The position numbers were made by a program, and so were the translations under genes. From the NCBI GenBank assembly GCA_014728075.1, contig WJMG01000078.1:2668-66667 (forward strand): a stretch of 64,000 nucleotides of DNA. Direction: 5' to 3'. Below the pieces are notes generated by a model. That model made no database searches. It saw only the letters and a program-made list of their open reading frames with translations, and was not told the origin of the DNA. Positions 9,019-18,821 of the stretch are shown piece by piece (the stretch's first letter is position 1; every line of letters starts with the position of its first letter). The DNA comes from Candidatus Omnitrophota bacterium (GTDB lineage: Bacteria > Omnitrophota > Gorgyraeia > Tantalellales > Tantalellaceae).

Positions 9019-10074
9019 TCATTTCTTTTCCCTGTTCTCCCCGAGAACTTTTTCGAAAATATCGAAAAATTTTCCGGCGATGACCCGGGGAGAATGTTTC
9101 TCAGCAAAAGCCTCGGCAGCGGTTTTCAGGGCTTTTTGCTTTTTTTTGTCGCGCAACACCTCTATCAGCTTCTTGTTCAAAGCCGTAATATCCCTGTAGT
9201 GGACCACTTCTTTTTTCCAGGAATGGAAGAAATCCGACTGGCTCGGCACAAAGATCGGGCAACCGGTCCCCAGGGCCTGGAAAACAGTGGAAGAAACTAC
9301 CGCGTGCTGCCGGCTTCGGAATTTGTGGAAAATAGCCGCGTCCGAAGCGAACAGGTAATCATCGAATTCCGCCGTTGAAATAGCGTCGCTCTTTCTGACC
9401 ATCCTCCACTTAGTGGGAGTAAGCTCTTCCAGCATCTGGTAATCCGTTTCGATCAAGTTAAGGAGGATACAATCCCTTCTCAGCCTGGGCGGCAGCTCCC
9501 TGTAATAAGAATGGTACCCCCTGTGCCCGAACGAGTAAATGATCTTTTTTTTCTGAGGCAGTCCCAGTTTAGCCCTGGCCTCTTTTTTGCTGCCGCTCCT
9601 GACGGGGAAACACGGGAACGGCACATATTCCGCGTCCGGGTAGACGCTTTTAAGAAAATCCTGCCGATGGTCAAAGTAAACCACCTTGTCCCAGTCCAGT
9701 TTGTAGAACCAGGAATGCTCGCACATCCTGTTCTCGTGGACGACATGCACCAGCTTCATCTTCTTCTTCAATACCGGCCAGATGTTGGCCATCTTCTCGA
9801 CGGGCAACATCCCGAGGTCTTCCACTACCAGAATATCCATGTCCGTCTCGAGGAAAGGGCGCGGGTCGAGAACGGCGGTATGTGTCCTGGTCCCGAAACA
9901 CCTTATAACATAGGGTTCGTCCCCGGCCGTCATGCATTCTCCGTGAAAATCGTTCTTCACAAAAGAAAAAACCGTCACCTTGTGACCCATTCTTATAAGC
10001 TCCCTGAACACCGGTTCGGCATGCATAGCGACGCCGCTGTTGGTGTTCCAAGCAGACATTACTCCTATGTTCAT
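9019..10074 (-). CDS. GT-B fold glycosyltransferase (GT4-like)
   Basis: SGVAMHAE..GHKVTVF N-terminus, ARAKLGLP, ASDAAIF..ALGTGCP. Confidence 0.7.
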   Translation of the reverse strand: MNIGVMSAWNTNSGVAMHAEPVFRELIRMGHKVTVFSFVKNDFHGECMTAGDEPYVIRCFGTRTHTAVLDPRPFLETDMDILVVEDLGMLPVEKMANIWPVLKKKMKLVHVVHENRMCEHSWFYKLDWDKVVYFDHRQDFLKSVYPDAEYVPFPCFPVRSGSKKEARAKLGLPQKKKIIYSFGHRGYHSYYRELPPRLRRDCILLNLIETDYQMLEELTPTKWRMVRKSDAISTAEFDDYLFASDAAIFHKFRSRQHAVVSSTVFQALGTGCPIFVPSQSDFFHSWKKEVVHYRDITALNKKLIEVLRDKKKQKALKTAAEAFAEKHSPRVIAGKFFDIFEKVLGENREKK

Positions 10075-10180
10075 GGCCCCCCCTTTTTTCTGCGGTCCCT
10101 TTGAACTTTGAGATCACCGTCTAAAAACATCTTACGGGCATTTTACCATTAACCCCGCCAAAGCGCTAAAAGCGCGCGCC

Positions 10181-10435
10181 TTATATGTTCATTTTGACCA
10201 GCCGGGCGTTCACTCCGGAAAGAAGGTTTAGTTTCCTTTCCAGTTCTTCGTGGTCTTTATCTTCCCCCACGAGTTCGAGTATTATCAGCCCGGAATTAGA
10301 ACAATCGTCCAGAACGCCCTGGTGAAGCCCAAACCTTGTCCTTATCACGCAGCCCCATCCCGTAAGTATTTTTTGAACTTTTTCGGCGGTCTCTTTTCTT
10401 TGCTCGAGTAAAGTTATAAGCACATTCCTCTGCAT
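10181..10435 (-). CDS. Iron-only hydrogenase system regulator (TM1266/NikR-C-like)
   Basis: VQKILTGWGCVIRTRFGLH..GLIILEL motif; downstream of hydF. Confidence 0.8.
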   Translation of the reverse strand: MQRNVLITLLEQRKETAEKVQKILTGWGCVIRTRFGLHQGVLDDCSNSGLIILELVGEDKDHEELERKLNLLSGVNARLVKMNI

Positions 10436-10524
10436 CTTCCTCCTTAATAAGCGTTTCGGCGTTTTGGTTTCGCGTCCCCCGCCGCAAGCCCGGGAATAGT
10501 TCCCTTGATCTTCTTCCGGGCCCG

Positions 10525-10638
10525 TTACGGCTCTACGGACACCTCGTACCGAAAAAGGGAGGGAGCTATACCGCTCCCTCCCTTTGTAACGGAAAGAAAA
10601 AAAGCTATGATCGAAAGGACCACAACTACAGAGAACAT
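10525..10638 (-). CDS. Putative 37-aa hydrophobic small protein or leader peptide
   Basis: AAGGAGG RBS followed by MFSVVVVLSIIAFFLSVTKGGSGIAPSLFRYEVSVEP. Confidence 0.4.
   Translation of the reverse strand: MFSVVVVLSIIAFFLSVTKGGSGIAPSLFRYEVSVEP
10552..10585 (-). terminator. Strong Rho-independent terminator of the hyd operon
   Basis: 13-bp stem aaagggagggagc/gctccctcccttt with a U tail on the minus strand. Confidence 0.85.
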
Positions 10639-10648
10639 TCAGTCCTCC

Positions 10649-11035
10649 TTATTTTTTTATATTCTTCTCGACCTCGGAAAGAAGAACATCCGGCTTTATG
10701 GGCTTTTCAAGGACGCCTTTCACCGGAAGCCATTCGGAATCCGGCTCGAACCCGAAAGACAGGTTCATGTCCTTCCTGATGCCCGTGGTCATAAGCACCG
10801 GCGTGTCTTTTATCTCCTCGTCGCCGTGGATCTTTCTGGCGATATCGAACCCCTCTGTTTTATTTGCCATCATTACATCCAGAAGGATGAGGTCCGGTTT
10901 TTCCTCTTTAGCCTTTGAAAAGCCTTCCTCTCCGTCCGAAGCGGTTACTATGGAATAGCCCCTGGCCTCGAGAAGAGTCGTCATCGCTTCCCTGAAATCC
11001 GCGTCGTCATCCACTATAAGTATTTTCCCTGGCAT
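10649..11035 (-). CDS. Single-domain response regulator (receiver)
   Basis: ILIVDDD, PDLILLDVMM, EKP; GAAGGAGG RBS before MPGK. Confidence 0.9.
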   Translation of the reverse strand: MPGKILIVDDDADFREAMTTLLEARGYSIVTASDGEEGFSKAKEEKPDLILLDVMMANKTEGFDIARKIHGDEEIKDTPVLMTTGIRKDMNLSFGFEPDSEWLPVKGVLEKPIKPDVLLSEVEKNIKK

Positions 11036-12263
11036 TTTTCCTCCTTCTGTTTTTCTGTTCCCGGGCCCTATCACCAAAGGGGGTTATAACCCTTTCCAGT
11101 ATTCCCGACATGTACGATATAATTATACCATAATTAGTGATAGGAACCTTTTGTCTTTTAGCTCTTGCCACCCTGGCCAGCAGTTCTCTGCGGGTAACCA
11201 TACATCCTCCGCAGCTTATGACAAGGGAATACGGAGAAAGGTCCTCCGGAAATTCGCCTCCGGCCGTAACATCGAAAACAAGGTCCCTGCCGGTATACTC
11301 CCTTAACCAGGAAGGTATCTTGCTTCTGCCTATATCCTCCGGTTGAACATGATGTGTGCAGGCCTCAGCGATAAGGACCTCGTCTCCGTCTTGCAGGCGC
11401 TTAACGGCACCTGCGCCCTTTATGAACTCTGCCAGGTCGCCTTTATGCCTGGCGAAAACCACCGAAAAAGAGGTCAACGGGACATTCTCCGGTACTTTAT
11501 CCTTAACCTCCTCGAAGACCTGGGAATCCGTTATGACCAGCGCCGGGGACCTTTCAAGAGAATCGAGAGATTCCGTCAGTCCACTGTCTTTGACGACAAC
11601 CGCTATGCCCCCGGCGTCAAGGACTTCCCTCAACACCTGGACCTGGGGCAGGATCAGCCTGCCCTGCGGCATGGCCCCGTCGATCGGGCATACCAGAACA
11701 ACCGTATCCCCGGCCTTTACTATATCTTTTACCAGCGGGACGGGTGCCCAGTCCCTGGGAGCAAGCCGTATTATCTGTTCTTTCAATTGCTCTATACCTG
11801 CGCCGGTCACCGAACTCACTTTCACGCAAACCCTTCCGTTCTCTTCCCTCAGCCTGTCATCCTCGATGTTTTCTTCAAGATCGCTCTTATTCCATACTAT
11901 CAAAAAAGGCACTCCCTGCTCGCCGAAAGCGGCTATGATTTCCTCTTCGAATTTCCCGGGCCGGGTCCCCGGCTCCATAACTATCAAACCTACATCGGTC
12001 TTTCTAAGGACCCGCCGGGTCTTCAGCACCCTCTCGCGGCCCAGCTCCCCCTCGTCGTCGAGCCCTGCCGTATCTATTAAAACACAGGGTCCTATAGGCA
12101 GGATCTCCATGGCCTTGTAAACAGGATCTGTCGTAGTTCCCGCGCAAGAAGAGACTATTGCCAGGTCCTGTCCCGTAAGCGCGTTTATCAGGCTGGACTT
12201 GCCCGCGTTCCTTCTGCCGAATATCCCTATATGGAGCCTGTTACTTGCCGGTGTTGTATACAT
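11007..12263 (-). CDS. hydF: [FeFe]-hydrogenase maturation GTPase HydF
   Basis: GRRNAGKSS P-loop, DTAG, NKSD, EACTHH, SCGGCM. Confidence 0.95.
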   Translation of the reverse strand: MYTTPASNRLHIGIFGRRNAGKSSLINALTGQDLAIVSSCAGTTTDPVYKAMEILPIGPCVLIDTAGLDDEGELGRERVLKTRRVLRKTDVGLIVMEPGTRPGKFEEEIIAAFGEQGVPFLIVWNKSDLEENIEDDRLREENGRVCVKVSSVTGAGIEQLKEQIIRLAPRDWAPVPLVKDIVKAGDTVVLVCPIDGAMPQGRLILPQVQVLREVLDAGGIAVVVKDSGLTESLDSLERSPALVITDSQVFEEVKDKVPENVPLTSFSVVFARHKGDLAEFIKGAGAVKRLQDGDEVLIAEACTHHVQPEDIGRSKIPSWLREYTGRDLVFDVTAGGEFPEDLSPYSLVISCGGCMVTRRELLARVARAKRQKVPITNYGIIISYMSGILERVITPFGDRAREQKNRRRKNARENTYSG

Positions 12264-13320
12264 TTTCGTCCCTCCTTCCGGGAAGAAGGGAATCTCCCCG
12301 GGACATGTCCGCGTACCTCCCCATTTCCGGCAGCTTTTCTTTTACTTGTTCGATAAAGTCCTCCGGGCGGGACCCCCTTATTTCCGGCGCCGGATAAATT
12401 TCATATGATCTCGCGTATCGGGGGGGAGTAAAATCGGCCATTATAACATTCGCTCCTCCGGCAAGGGCTCTCATCCGGGGTTCAAGGCTTTCCGCCCCAA
12501 GGGCCGTAGTTGCCGGTATATGCGCTAAAGGAGAAAGTATCCTCATCACGGAGATCGCGCTTAGGGCCTCTCGGCGGGATCCCGCGGGCTCCAGACCCAG
12601 GGCCGTTTCCCCGTGTGGAACAAAAGGCCCCACGGCTACCATATCGAGTGCAAGCTTTCCGAGAAAGACAAGATCCTCCGCCAGACTCTCCTTTGTCTGG
12701 CCCTTAAGCCCTACTATTATACCGCTGCCTGTCTGGAACCCGAGGGCCCGGAGCGTTTCCAGGCATCGTACGCGGTTGTCAAAGGACATACCGGGATGCA
12801 GGGCTTCGTAGATCCTTCTGTTCGAGGTCTCTATTTTAAGAAGGTACCTGTCGGCGCCGGCGTCCCGTAAGACCCGGTATTCTCTCTCTGTTTTTTCGCC
12901 TATAGATACGGTTACCGCGACATCGTATCGATATTTTATTTCCCGGATGACCTCTGCCAGTGACCGGCAATCGTCTTGTCCGTCCTGTCCCGACTGAAGC
13001 ACTATTGTACGCACCCCGGCCCGGAAAACCCTTCCGGCGGCCTCCAGTATCTCTTCAGGCGACATCCTGTATCTTTCGAGCCCGCCCTCGGGACGGTTAA
13101 GCCCGCAATAAGAACAAGCGCCGTCGCAAAAATTCGAAAAGTTTATTATTCCCCTGAACAAGACCCCTTCGCCTATAAACCGCGCCCTGAGAGCATCGGC
13201 TTCTTCTGTTATTCCCGTTTCGGCGGACGGAAGGGACAGGATCTCACGGACCGCCGGCATGTCCTCTCCCCGGAAGGATCTTATCTTTTCCGGAAGACCG
13301 GACCGCCTAAACGAACTCAT
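12241..13320 (-). CDS. hydE: [FeFe]-hydrogenase radical SAM maturase HydE
   Basis: RGIINFSNFCDGACSYCG, GADRYLLKIET, IPATTAL, YEIYP. Confidence 0.92.
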   Translation of the reverse strand: MSSFRRSGLPEKIRSFRGEDMPAVREILSLPSAETGITEEADALRARFIGEGVLFRGIINFSNFCDGACSYCGLNRPEGGLERYRMSPEEILEAAGRVFRAGVRTIVLQSGQDGQDDCRSLAEVIREIKYRYDVAVTVSIGEKTEREYRVLRDAGADRYLLKIETSNRRIYEALHPGMSFDNRVRCLETLRALGFQTGSGIIVGLKGQTKESLAEDLVFLGKLALDMVAVGPFVPHGETALGLEPAGSRREALSAISVMRILSPLAHIPATTALGAESLEPRMRALAGGANVIMADFTPPRYARSYEIYPAPEIRGSRPEDFIEQVKEKLPEMGRYADMSRGDSLLPGRRDENVYNTGK

Positions 13321-14683
13321 CCCTTTTCCCCTTCGCCAGGTCCAAAAGTATTTTTTCCAGCGTTTCTTTCTCTTCGGCTCCCAGACCCGCGGATAGCTTT
13401 TCCACAAGAGCGTACCCTTTTGCCCTCACATCATCCGAAGCGTAGTCGTCAAGGTATTCTTTCAGTGTAATAAGGGCATTTATCCTGCATTTGCCTTTTA
13501 TGGTGCCCGGGCGGGCCATTTCCATGAACGCCTCCCCTGTGCGACGGGACCTGTAGCAGGCGGTACAAAAACTCGGAACGGCGCCTTTTCCGATCAAAGC
13601 GCCGACTACCTGGTCCAGGCTCCGGTGGTCATTGAGCGAGAACTGACCGCATGCCTGGCCCGGTTCAGCGTATCCTCCGGGTGAAGTCCGGGAAGACGCG
13701 CTTATCTGGGACACTCCCAGATCAAAAAGAGCGTCTCTCATCTCCGGAGACTCCCGGGTAGAGAGAATGATCCCCGTGTAAGGAACGGCCAGCCGGAGAA
13801 CGGCTACCAGAAGCATGAACTCCCTGTCGGACATCTCGAAAGGCGCGGCCTCCGAAAGATCAACGCCTTTCGCCGGCTCTACCCTGGGAACAGAGACAGT
13901 ATGCGGCCCTATATTAAATTTTTTCTCCAGATATTCAACATGGGTCAGGAGGCCAAGAGCCTCGAACCGGTGATCATACAATCCGAAAAGGGCCCCTATG
14001 CCCACATCGTCTATCCCCGCCTCGAAAGCCCTGTCTATGGCCGCGAGTCTCTCGTCGGGGTCGCTTTTTGGCCCGCGGGGGTGTACTTTCCTATATGTCC
14101 TCTCATGATATGTTTCCTGGAAAAGCTGGTAAGTGCCTATGCCGGACGCTTTCAGGCGCTTGAACCCTTCCTTTTCCAGAGGGGCACAGTTAACATTTAT
14201 CCGCCTTATCCTGTTCTTACCGTCGGTCTGTGAGTAAATTGTCCCTATACTTTCGGCAAAATAGCCGGCGTCGTCCGGCGATCCGCTTTCCGAAGCGACC
14301 AGAAGTACGCGTTTATGGCCCATTTTCAACAGGCTGCGCGCCTCCGCGGCTATCTCCGGCTGCGCAAGCTTTTTCCTGGGGATCAGTTCATTGCCTTCTT
14401 TGAACGCGCAATAAGAACAGGCGTTAGCGCAGATATTGTTTATGTACAGAGGAGCGAAAAGGACTACCCTGTCACCGTATATCTTTCTTTTTACCTCGGA
14501 AGCGGCCGCGAGGATAGCTTCTGTCTCCCCGGGGCCCTCGGCGGCAAGAAGGACCGCGGCGTCCTCGATAGAAAGCCGGTTCAGGCCGGCACTTTTCTCA
14601 AGGACTTCCATTATTCTTGACCGCCCGGCCTTTCTGCCGGCTTTCAGCGCTTCATGTATTTTTTCTTCATTGATCAGTTTCAT
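13307..14683 (-). CDS. hydG: [FeFe]-hydrogenase radical SAM maturase HydG
   Basis: FAPLY..CANACSYC, LFQETYH, C-terminal Cx2Cx22C (CTACYR...GKC). Confidence 0.95.
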   Translation of the reverse strand: MKLINEEKIHEALKAGRKAGRSRIMEVLEKSAGLNRLSIEDAAVLLAAEGPGETEAILAAASEVKRKIYGDRVVLFAPLYINNICANACSYCAFKEGNELIPRKKLAQPEIAAEARSLLKMGHKRVLLVASESGSPDDAGYFAESIGTIYSQTDGKNRIRRINVNCAPLEKEGFKRLKASGIGTYQLFQETYHERTYRKVHPRGPKSDPDERLAAIDRAFEAGIDDVGIGALFGLYDHRFEALGLLTHVEYLEKKFNIGPHTVSVPRVEPAKGVDLSEAAPFEMSDREFMLLVAVLRLAVPYTGIILSTRESPEMRDALFDLGVSQISASSRTSPGGYAEPGQACGQFSLNDHRSLDQVVGALIGKGAVPSFCTACYRSRRTGEAFMEMARPGTIKGKCRINALITLKEYLDDYASDDVRAKGYALVEKLSAGLGAEEKETLEKILLDLAKGKRDEFV

Positions 14684-14703
14684 CCTCACCCCGCCAGCGA
14701 TAT

Positions 14704-15195
14704 TCACCCGCCCCTGTTGCGGTACTCTTTTATAAGTTCCGCGGTCCTTTCGGCGTCGAGATCACCGTGTATCTTCTCGTTCACCATTATCACCGGGGCC
14801 AGGCCGCAGGCGCCGAGGCACCTCGCTTCCTGCAAAGTGAACATTTTGTCTTCGGTGGTCTGTCCCACTTCAACCCCCAGCTCCTTTTTAAGGGTTTCCA
14901 GGACCTTTCCGGCTCCCTTTACATAACACGCGGTCCCCATGCATACCGATACGATATATTTCCCCACCGGTTCAAGGTTGAAATAATGGTAAAAGGTAGC
15001 CACTCCCCAGATATGCGCCGTGGGGATGTTCATGTAATGAGCTATTTCGTCCATTACTTCTCTGGGCAAATATCCGTATATCTCCTGGGCTTTGTGCAGA
15101 ATAGCTATTAGCTGGGATTCCGAATGTTCTTTTTCCCGGCACTCGTCCATATATTGTCTGAGCCGCTCCGATCTTTCGTCCTTAACCTTTGTCAT
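14704..15195 (-). CDS. hydC: NuoE-like [2Fe-2S] subunit of bifurcating hydrogenase (HydC/HndA)
   Basis: GVATFY, CMGTACYVKG, CLGACGLAP. Confidence 0.92.
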   Translation of the reverse strand: MTKVKDERSERLRQYMDECREKEHSESQLIAILHKAQEIYGYLPREVMDEIAHYMNIPTAHIWGVATFYHYFNLEPVGKYIVSVCMGTACYVKGAGKVLETLKKELGVEVGQTTEDKMFTLQEARCLGACGLAPVIMVNEKIHGDLDAERTAELIKEYRNRGG

Positions 15196-15205
15196 TTTCC
15201 CTCCG

Positions 15206-16978
15206 TTATCTGGATTTTGATAGCTCAGGTATTATTCCTCTCGGCTCTTTCGGCGCATAATGCGTGTGAAGGTACTTATGCGCCGCGGACCCGAGAGGCC
15301 TACCGAGGAACTCCTTGTAAAGCCTCTGAACATCCCTGTTCTCGTGGCTCCGCCTGATGGTCCTGTTCCTGTCAAGCCCGTAAAGGGCTTCCGCCCTTTT
15401 CTTGAGCACATCTTCGTCAAGAGGGATCGAGTTGGACCCGGCGTAAGGCTGACCCCCGCCCCCTATACACCCGCCCGGGCAACCCATTATCTCGATAAAA
15501 TGATACCGGTCGGGATCCTTGCGGACTATGTCGAGAAGTTCCGCGGCGTTACCCAGCCCGTGCGCGACCGCTACTCGTATCTCTTTGCCGTCCATAGTTA
15601 TGCTTCCCTCTTTCACGGACTTGAACCCCCGTATATCCTTGAGCTCTATATCGAGAAGGGTCTCTCCCGTATAAAGCTCGTAAGCGGTGCGTATTGCCGC
15701 TTCCATGACCCCCCCGGTAACACCGAAGATCGCTCCGGCTCCGGAAGAAACTCCGAGAGGGGCGTCGAACTGTTCCGGTTTGATATTATAAAAATCTATA
15801 CCGGAAGATTTTATCATCCACGCGACTTCCCTGGTCGTTACGACAAGGTCGGTGGGGTCCATGCCCTCTACCCGGAGCTCGGGCCTCTGTGCCTCGTATT
15901 TTTTGGCCGTACAGCACATCACGGCAACGGAAAAGATGTTTTCCGGAGACAGGCCCTGTTTATCGGCGAAGTATGTCTTAAGCATTGACCCCATCATCGA
16001 CATGGGGGACTTACAGGTAGAGACATTTTCTATAAGGTCCGGATAGAATTGTTCGAGACACTTCATCCAGGCGCTTGAACAGGAAGTTATCATAGGCAGC
16101 TTGCCTTTGCCCTGCACTCTCTCCAGGAACTCGTTGGCTTCCTCCATTATCGTGAGGTCGGCCGCGAACTGCGTGTCAAAAACATGATCGAACCCCAGAC
16201 GCCTCAACGCCGCGGCCATTTCCCCCTCCATGGCCTTGCCCGGAGGGAACCCGAAAGCCTCTCCTATAGCGGCCCTTACCGAAGGCGCCACCTGCACGAC
16301 CTTCACCAGTTTATCGTCGTTAAGTTTTTCGAACAGTTCCTGCGTATAGTTCTTCTCAACGAACGAAGCGGTAGGGCACACATTTATGCACTGGCCGCAG
16401 GAAGTGCAGACGCTTTCGCTGAAAGGCATATTATACGCCGGCATTACCACCGTATTGAACCCCCTGTGGGCATATCTCAACGCATTGACCTTCTGGACCT
16501 CCTCGCACATGCGCACGCACCTGCCACAAAGGATACATTTGTCCGGGTCCCTGATGACCGCCGGGGAGGAAAGATCTTTTTCGTAATGCTTTTTCTCACC
16601 CTCAAAGTGCCGTTTTCTTATGCCCATGGCGTAAGCAAGCCGCTGAAGTTCGCATATACCGTCCCTTTCGCAGGTATGGCAATCTTCGGGATGGTTGTCC
16701 AGTATCAGCTCCACTATATCCCTCCTGGCCTGTCTCAGGTCACCGGTATTGGTCTTTATGTCCATGCCTTCTTCCACGGGATGCGAACAGGAAGCCACGA
16801 AATTGCGCATGCCCTCTACTTCCACTATACAAACCCGGCACGCCCCTTCTATGGAAAGTTTGGGATGATAGCAAAGACGCGGTATCTTGAACCCCAGGCC
16901 GTCCAGGGCCTGCATTATGGTCTGCCCTTTTTCAACCTTGTAGTCCCTGTTATTGACGGTTATGTTTATCGTTTTCAT
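15206..16978 (-). CDS. hydA: [FeFe]-hydrogenase catalytic subunit, group A3 (HydA/HndD)
   Basis: N-terminal 2Fe-2S, HxxxCxxCxxxxxC and 2x4Fe-4S; ADLTIMEE; H-cluster motifs TSCSSAW / MCCTAKKYE / EIMGCPGGCIGGGGQP. Confidence 0.95.
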   Translation of the reverse strand: MKTINITVNNRDYKVEKGQTIMQALDGLGFKIPRLCYHPKLSIEGACRVCIVEVEGMRNFVASCSHPVEEGMDIKTNTGDLRQARRDIVELILDNHPEDCHTCERDGICELQRLAYAMGIRKRHFEGEKKHYEKDLSSPAVIRDPDKCILCGRCVRMCEEVQKVNALRYAHRGFNTVVMPAYNMPFSESVCTSCGQCINVCPTASFVEKNYTQELFEKLNDDKLVKVVQVAPSVRAAIGEAFGFPPGKAMEGEMAAALRRLGFDHVFDTQFAADLTIMEEANEFLERVQGKGKLPMITSCSSAWMKCLEQFYPDLIENVSTCKSPMSMMGSMLKTYFADKQGLSPENIFSVAVMCCTAKKYEAQRPELRVEGMDPTDLVVTTREVAWMIKSSGIDFYNIKPEQFDAPLGVSSGAGAIFGVTGGVMEAAIRTAYELYTGETLLDIELKDIRGFKSVKEGSITMDGKEIRVAVAHGLGNAAELLDIVRKDPDRYHFIEIMGCPGGCIGGGGQPYAGSNSIPLDEDVLKKRAEALYGLDRNRTIRRSHENRDVQRLYKEFLGRPLGSAAHKYLHTHYAPKEPRGIIPELSKSR

Positions 16979-16990
16979 CTGATCCTCTCC

Positions 16991-18811
16991 TTAGGCTGTT
17001 TTTACGGCATTGAACTTACAGGCGGCCAGGCACTGCCCGCATTTTATGCATTTTTCTATGTCAATGGCGTGGCGTTCACGGGGGGAACCCGTTACCGCTC
17101 CGGCCGGGCAGACTTTCTTACACGCGGTACAACCGACACAATCCTCGGTAATATAATATTCCAGAAGGTTCCGGCATTCCCCCGAGCGGCACTTTTTTTC
17201 TTTTATGTGCTCCTCATATTCCTCGCGGAAATTCTTTATCGTGCTCAGCACTGGATTCGGCGCCGACTGGCCCAATCCGCACAGTGACGCTTTTTTGATC
17301 GTTTTCCCGAGGCGTTCCAGCTTCTCTATGTCCCCTTCCATTCCGCGCCCTTCGGTTATCCTGGTAAGGATCTCGAGCATTCTTTTGGTGCCTTCCCTGC
17401 ACGGCGTACATTTCCCGCAGGACTCGTTCTGGGTAAATTCAAGAAAAAACCTCGCTATACCGACCATACAGGAATCTTCGTCTATCACGATCATCCCCCC
17501 GGAACCCATTATCGAACCGGCTCTCGCCAGAGACTCGTAATCGATCGGGGTGTCGAGGTACTCTTCGGGAAGACATCCTCCCGAGGGCCCCCCCGTCTGC
17601 ACCGCCTTGAACTTTTTATCTTCCGGTATTCCGCCCCCGATGTCGAAAATGATCTCGCGCAGGGTAGTCCCCATGGGCACTTCGACCAGACCGGTATTAC
17701 GCACTTTGCCCGCGACAGCGAATACCTTGGTCCCTTTGCTTTTCTCCGTCCCCACCGAGCTGAACCAGTCGGCGCCGTCCATTATTATCACGGGTATGTT
17801 CGCCCATGTCTCTACATTGTTTATCAGGGTCGGTTCACCGAAAAGCCCCGAAACCGACGGGAAAGGCGGCCTCGGCCTGGGCATACCCCTTGATCCCTCT
17901 ATCGAATGAATGAGCGCCGTCTCTTCCCCGCAGACGAACGCGCCCGCCCCGAGCTTTATTTCGACATCAAAAGAAAAATCCGATCCGAGGATATTCTCGC
18001 CGATAATGCCGTGTTCCCTGGCGTCCTTGATCGCTTTTTCCAGACGCCTGATGGCCAGCGGATACTCAGCCCTTATGTAAATTATCCCCCTGGAAGCCCC
18101 CACGGCGTACCCGCCTATTATTATGCCTTCCAGGACCGTATGGGGATCTCCTTCAATGGCGCTTCTGTCCATGAAAGCGCCCGGATCGCCTTCGTCCGCG
18201 TTACATATAACATATTTCTTTTCACCTGCGGCCTTTCTGGTGAAATCCCACTTCAACCCCGTGGGGAACCCCGCGCCTCCCCTGCCCCGTAATCCCGATC
18301 TTTTGACTTCCTCCACTACCTCTTCGGGACTCATGCTGGAAAGCACCCTGGCCAGGGCCTCGTATCCTCTCAAGGCCAGGTAGTCATCAATACTTTCAGG
18401 GTCTATTATCCCGCAGTTCCGCAGAGCTATTCTCATCTGTTTTCCGAAAAAACCCACATCTCCGAAAACCCTGAAGAACTTGTTATAAAGGTGGTTTTCC
18501 TCTATTACCAGACGAGCTACGGGCTTGCCTTTGATTATATGTTCTTCAAGTATCTCCTCCAGGTCCGCTTTCCCGACATTCCCGTAGATAGTGTACCCGG
18601 GATTGACTATCATTACAGGCCCCCTGGCGCACATTCCCAGGCACCCGGACAGATTGACCTTTACATCCCTGTAGCTAAGCCCTTTTTCCCGGAATCCGTC
18701 CTTTAAAGCGCTCAAAAGCTCCTTTGACCCCTTGTGCATGCATCCGGGCCCGTCGCAGAGGGTTATGACCCTCGCGGCGACCACATCGTCTCGTTTATAC
18801 TTCTCAGCCAT
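16991..18811 (-). CDS. hydB: NuoF-like flavin subunit of bifurcating hydrogenase (HydB/HndC)
   Basis: GRGGAGFPTG, NADEGDPGAFMDR, GGPSGG, SCGKCTPCREG, C-terminal 2x4Fe-4S. Confidence 0.95.
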   Translation of the reverse strand: MAEKYKRDDVVAARVITLCDGPGCMHKGSKELLSALKDGFREKGLSYRDVKVNLSGCLGMCARGPVMIVNPGYTIYGNVGKADLEEILEEHIIKGKPVARLVIEENHLYNKFFRVFGDVGFFGKQMRIALRNCGIIDPESIDDYLALRGYEALARVLSSMSPEEVVEEVKRSGLRGRGGAGFPTGLKWDFTRKAAGEKKYVICNADEGDPGAFMDRSAIEGDPHTVLEGIIIGGYAVGASRGIIYIRAEYPLAIRRLEKAIKDAREHGIIGENILGSDFSFDVEIKLGAGAFVCGEETALIHSIEGSRGMPRPRPPFPSVSGLFGEPTLINNVETWANIPVIIMDGADWFSSVGTEKSKGTKVFAVAGKVRNTGLVEVPMGTTLREIIFDIGGGIPEDKKFKAVQTGGPSGGCLPEEYLDTPIDYESLARAGSIMGSGGMIVIDEDSCMVGIARFFLEFTQNESCGKCTPCREGTKRMLEILTRITEGRGMEGDIEKLERLGKTIKKASLCGLGQSAPNPVLSTIKNFREEYEEHIKEKKCRSGECRNLLEYYITEDCVGCTACKKVCPAGAVTGSPRERHAIDIEKCIKCGQCLAACKFNAVKTA

Positions 18812-18821
18812 TTTTTCCTCT

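Noticed and set aside
14704-18811. NuoE/F/G-like genes as respiratory complex I or formate dehydrogenase
   Set aside because: H-cluster motifs and adjacent hydEFG identify an [FeFe]-hydrogenase; no membrane nuo or molybdopterin subunits are present.
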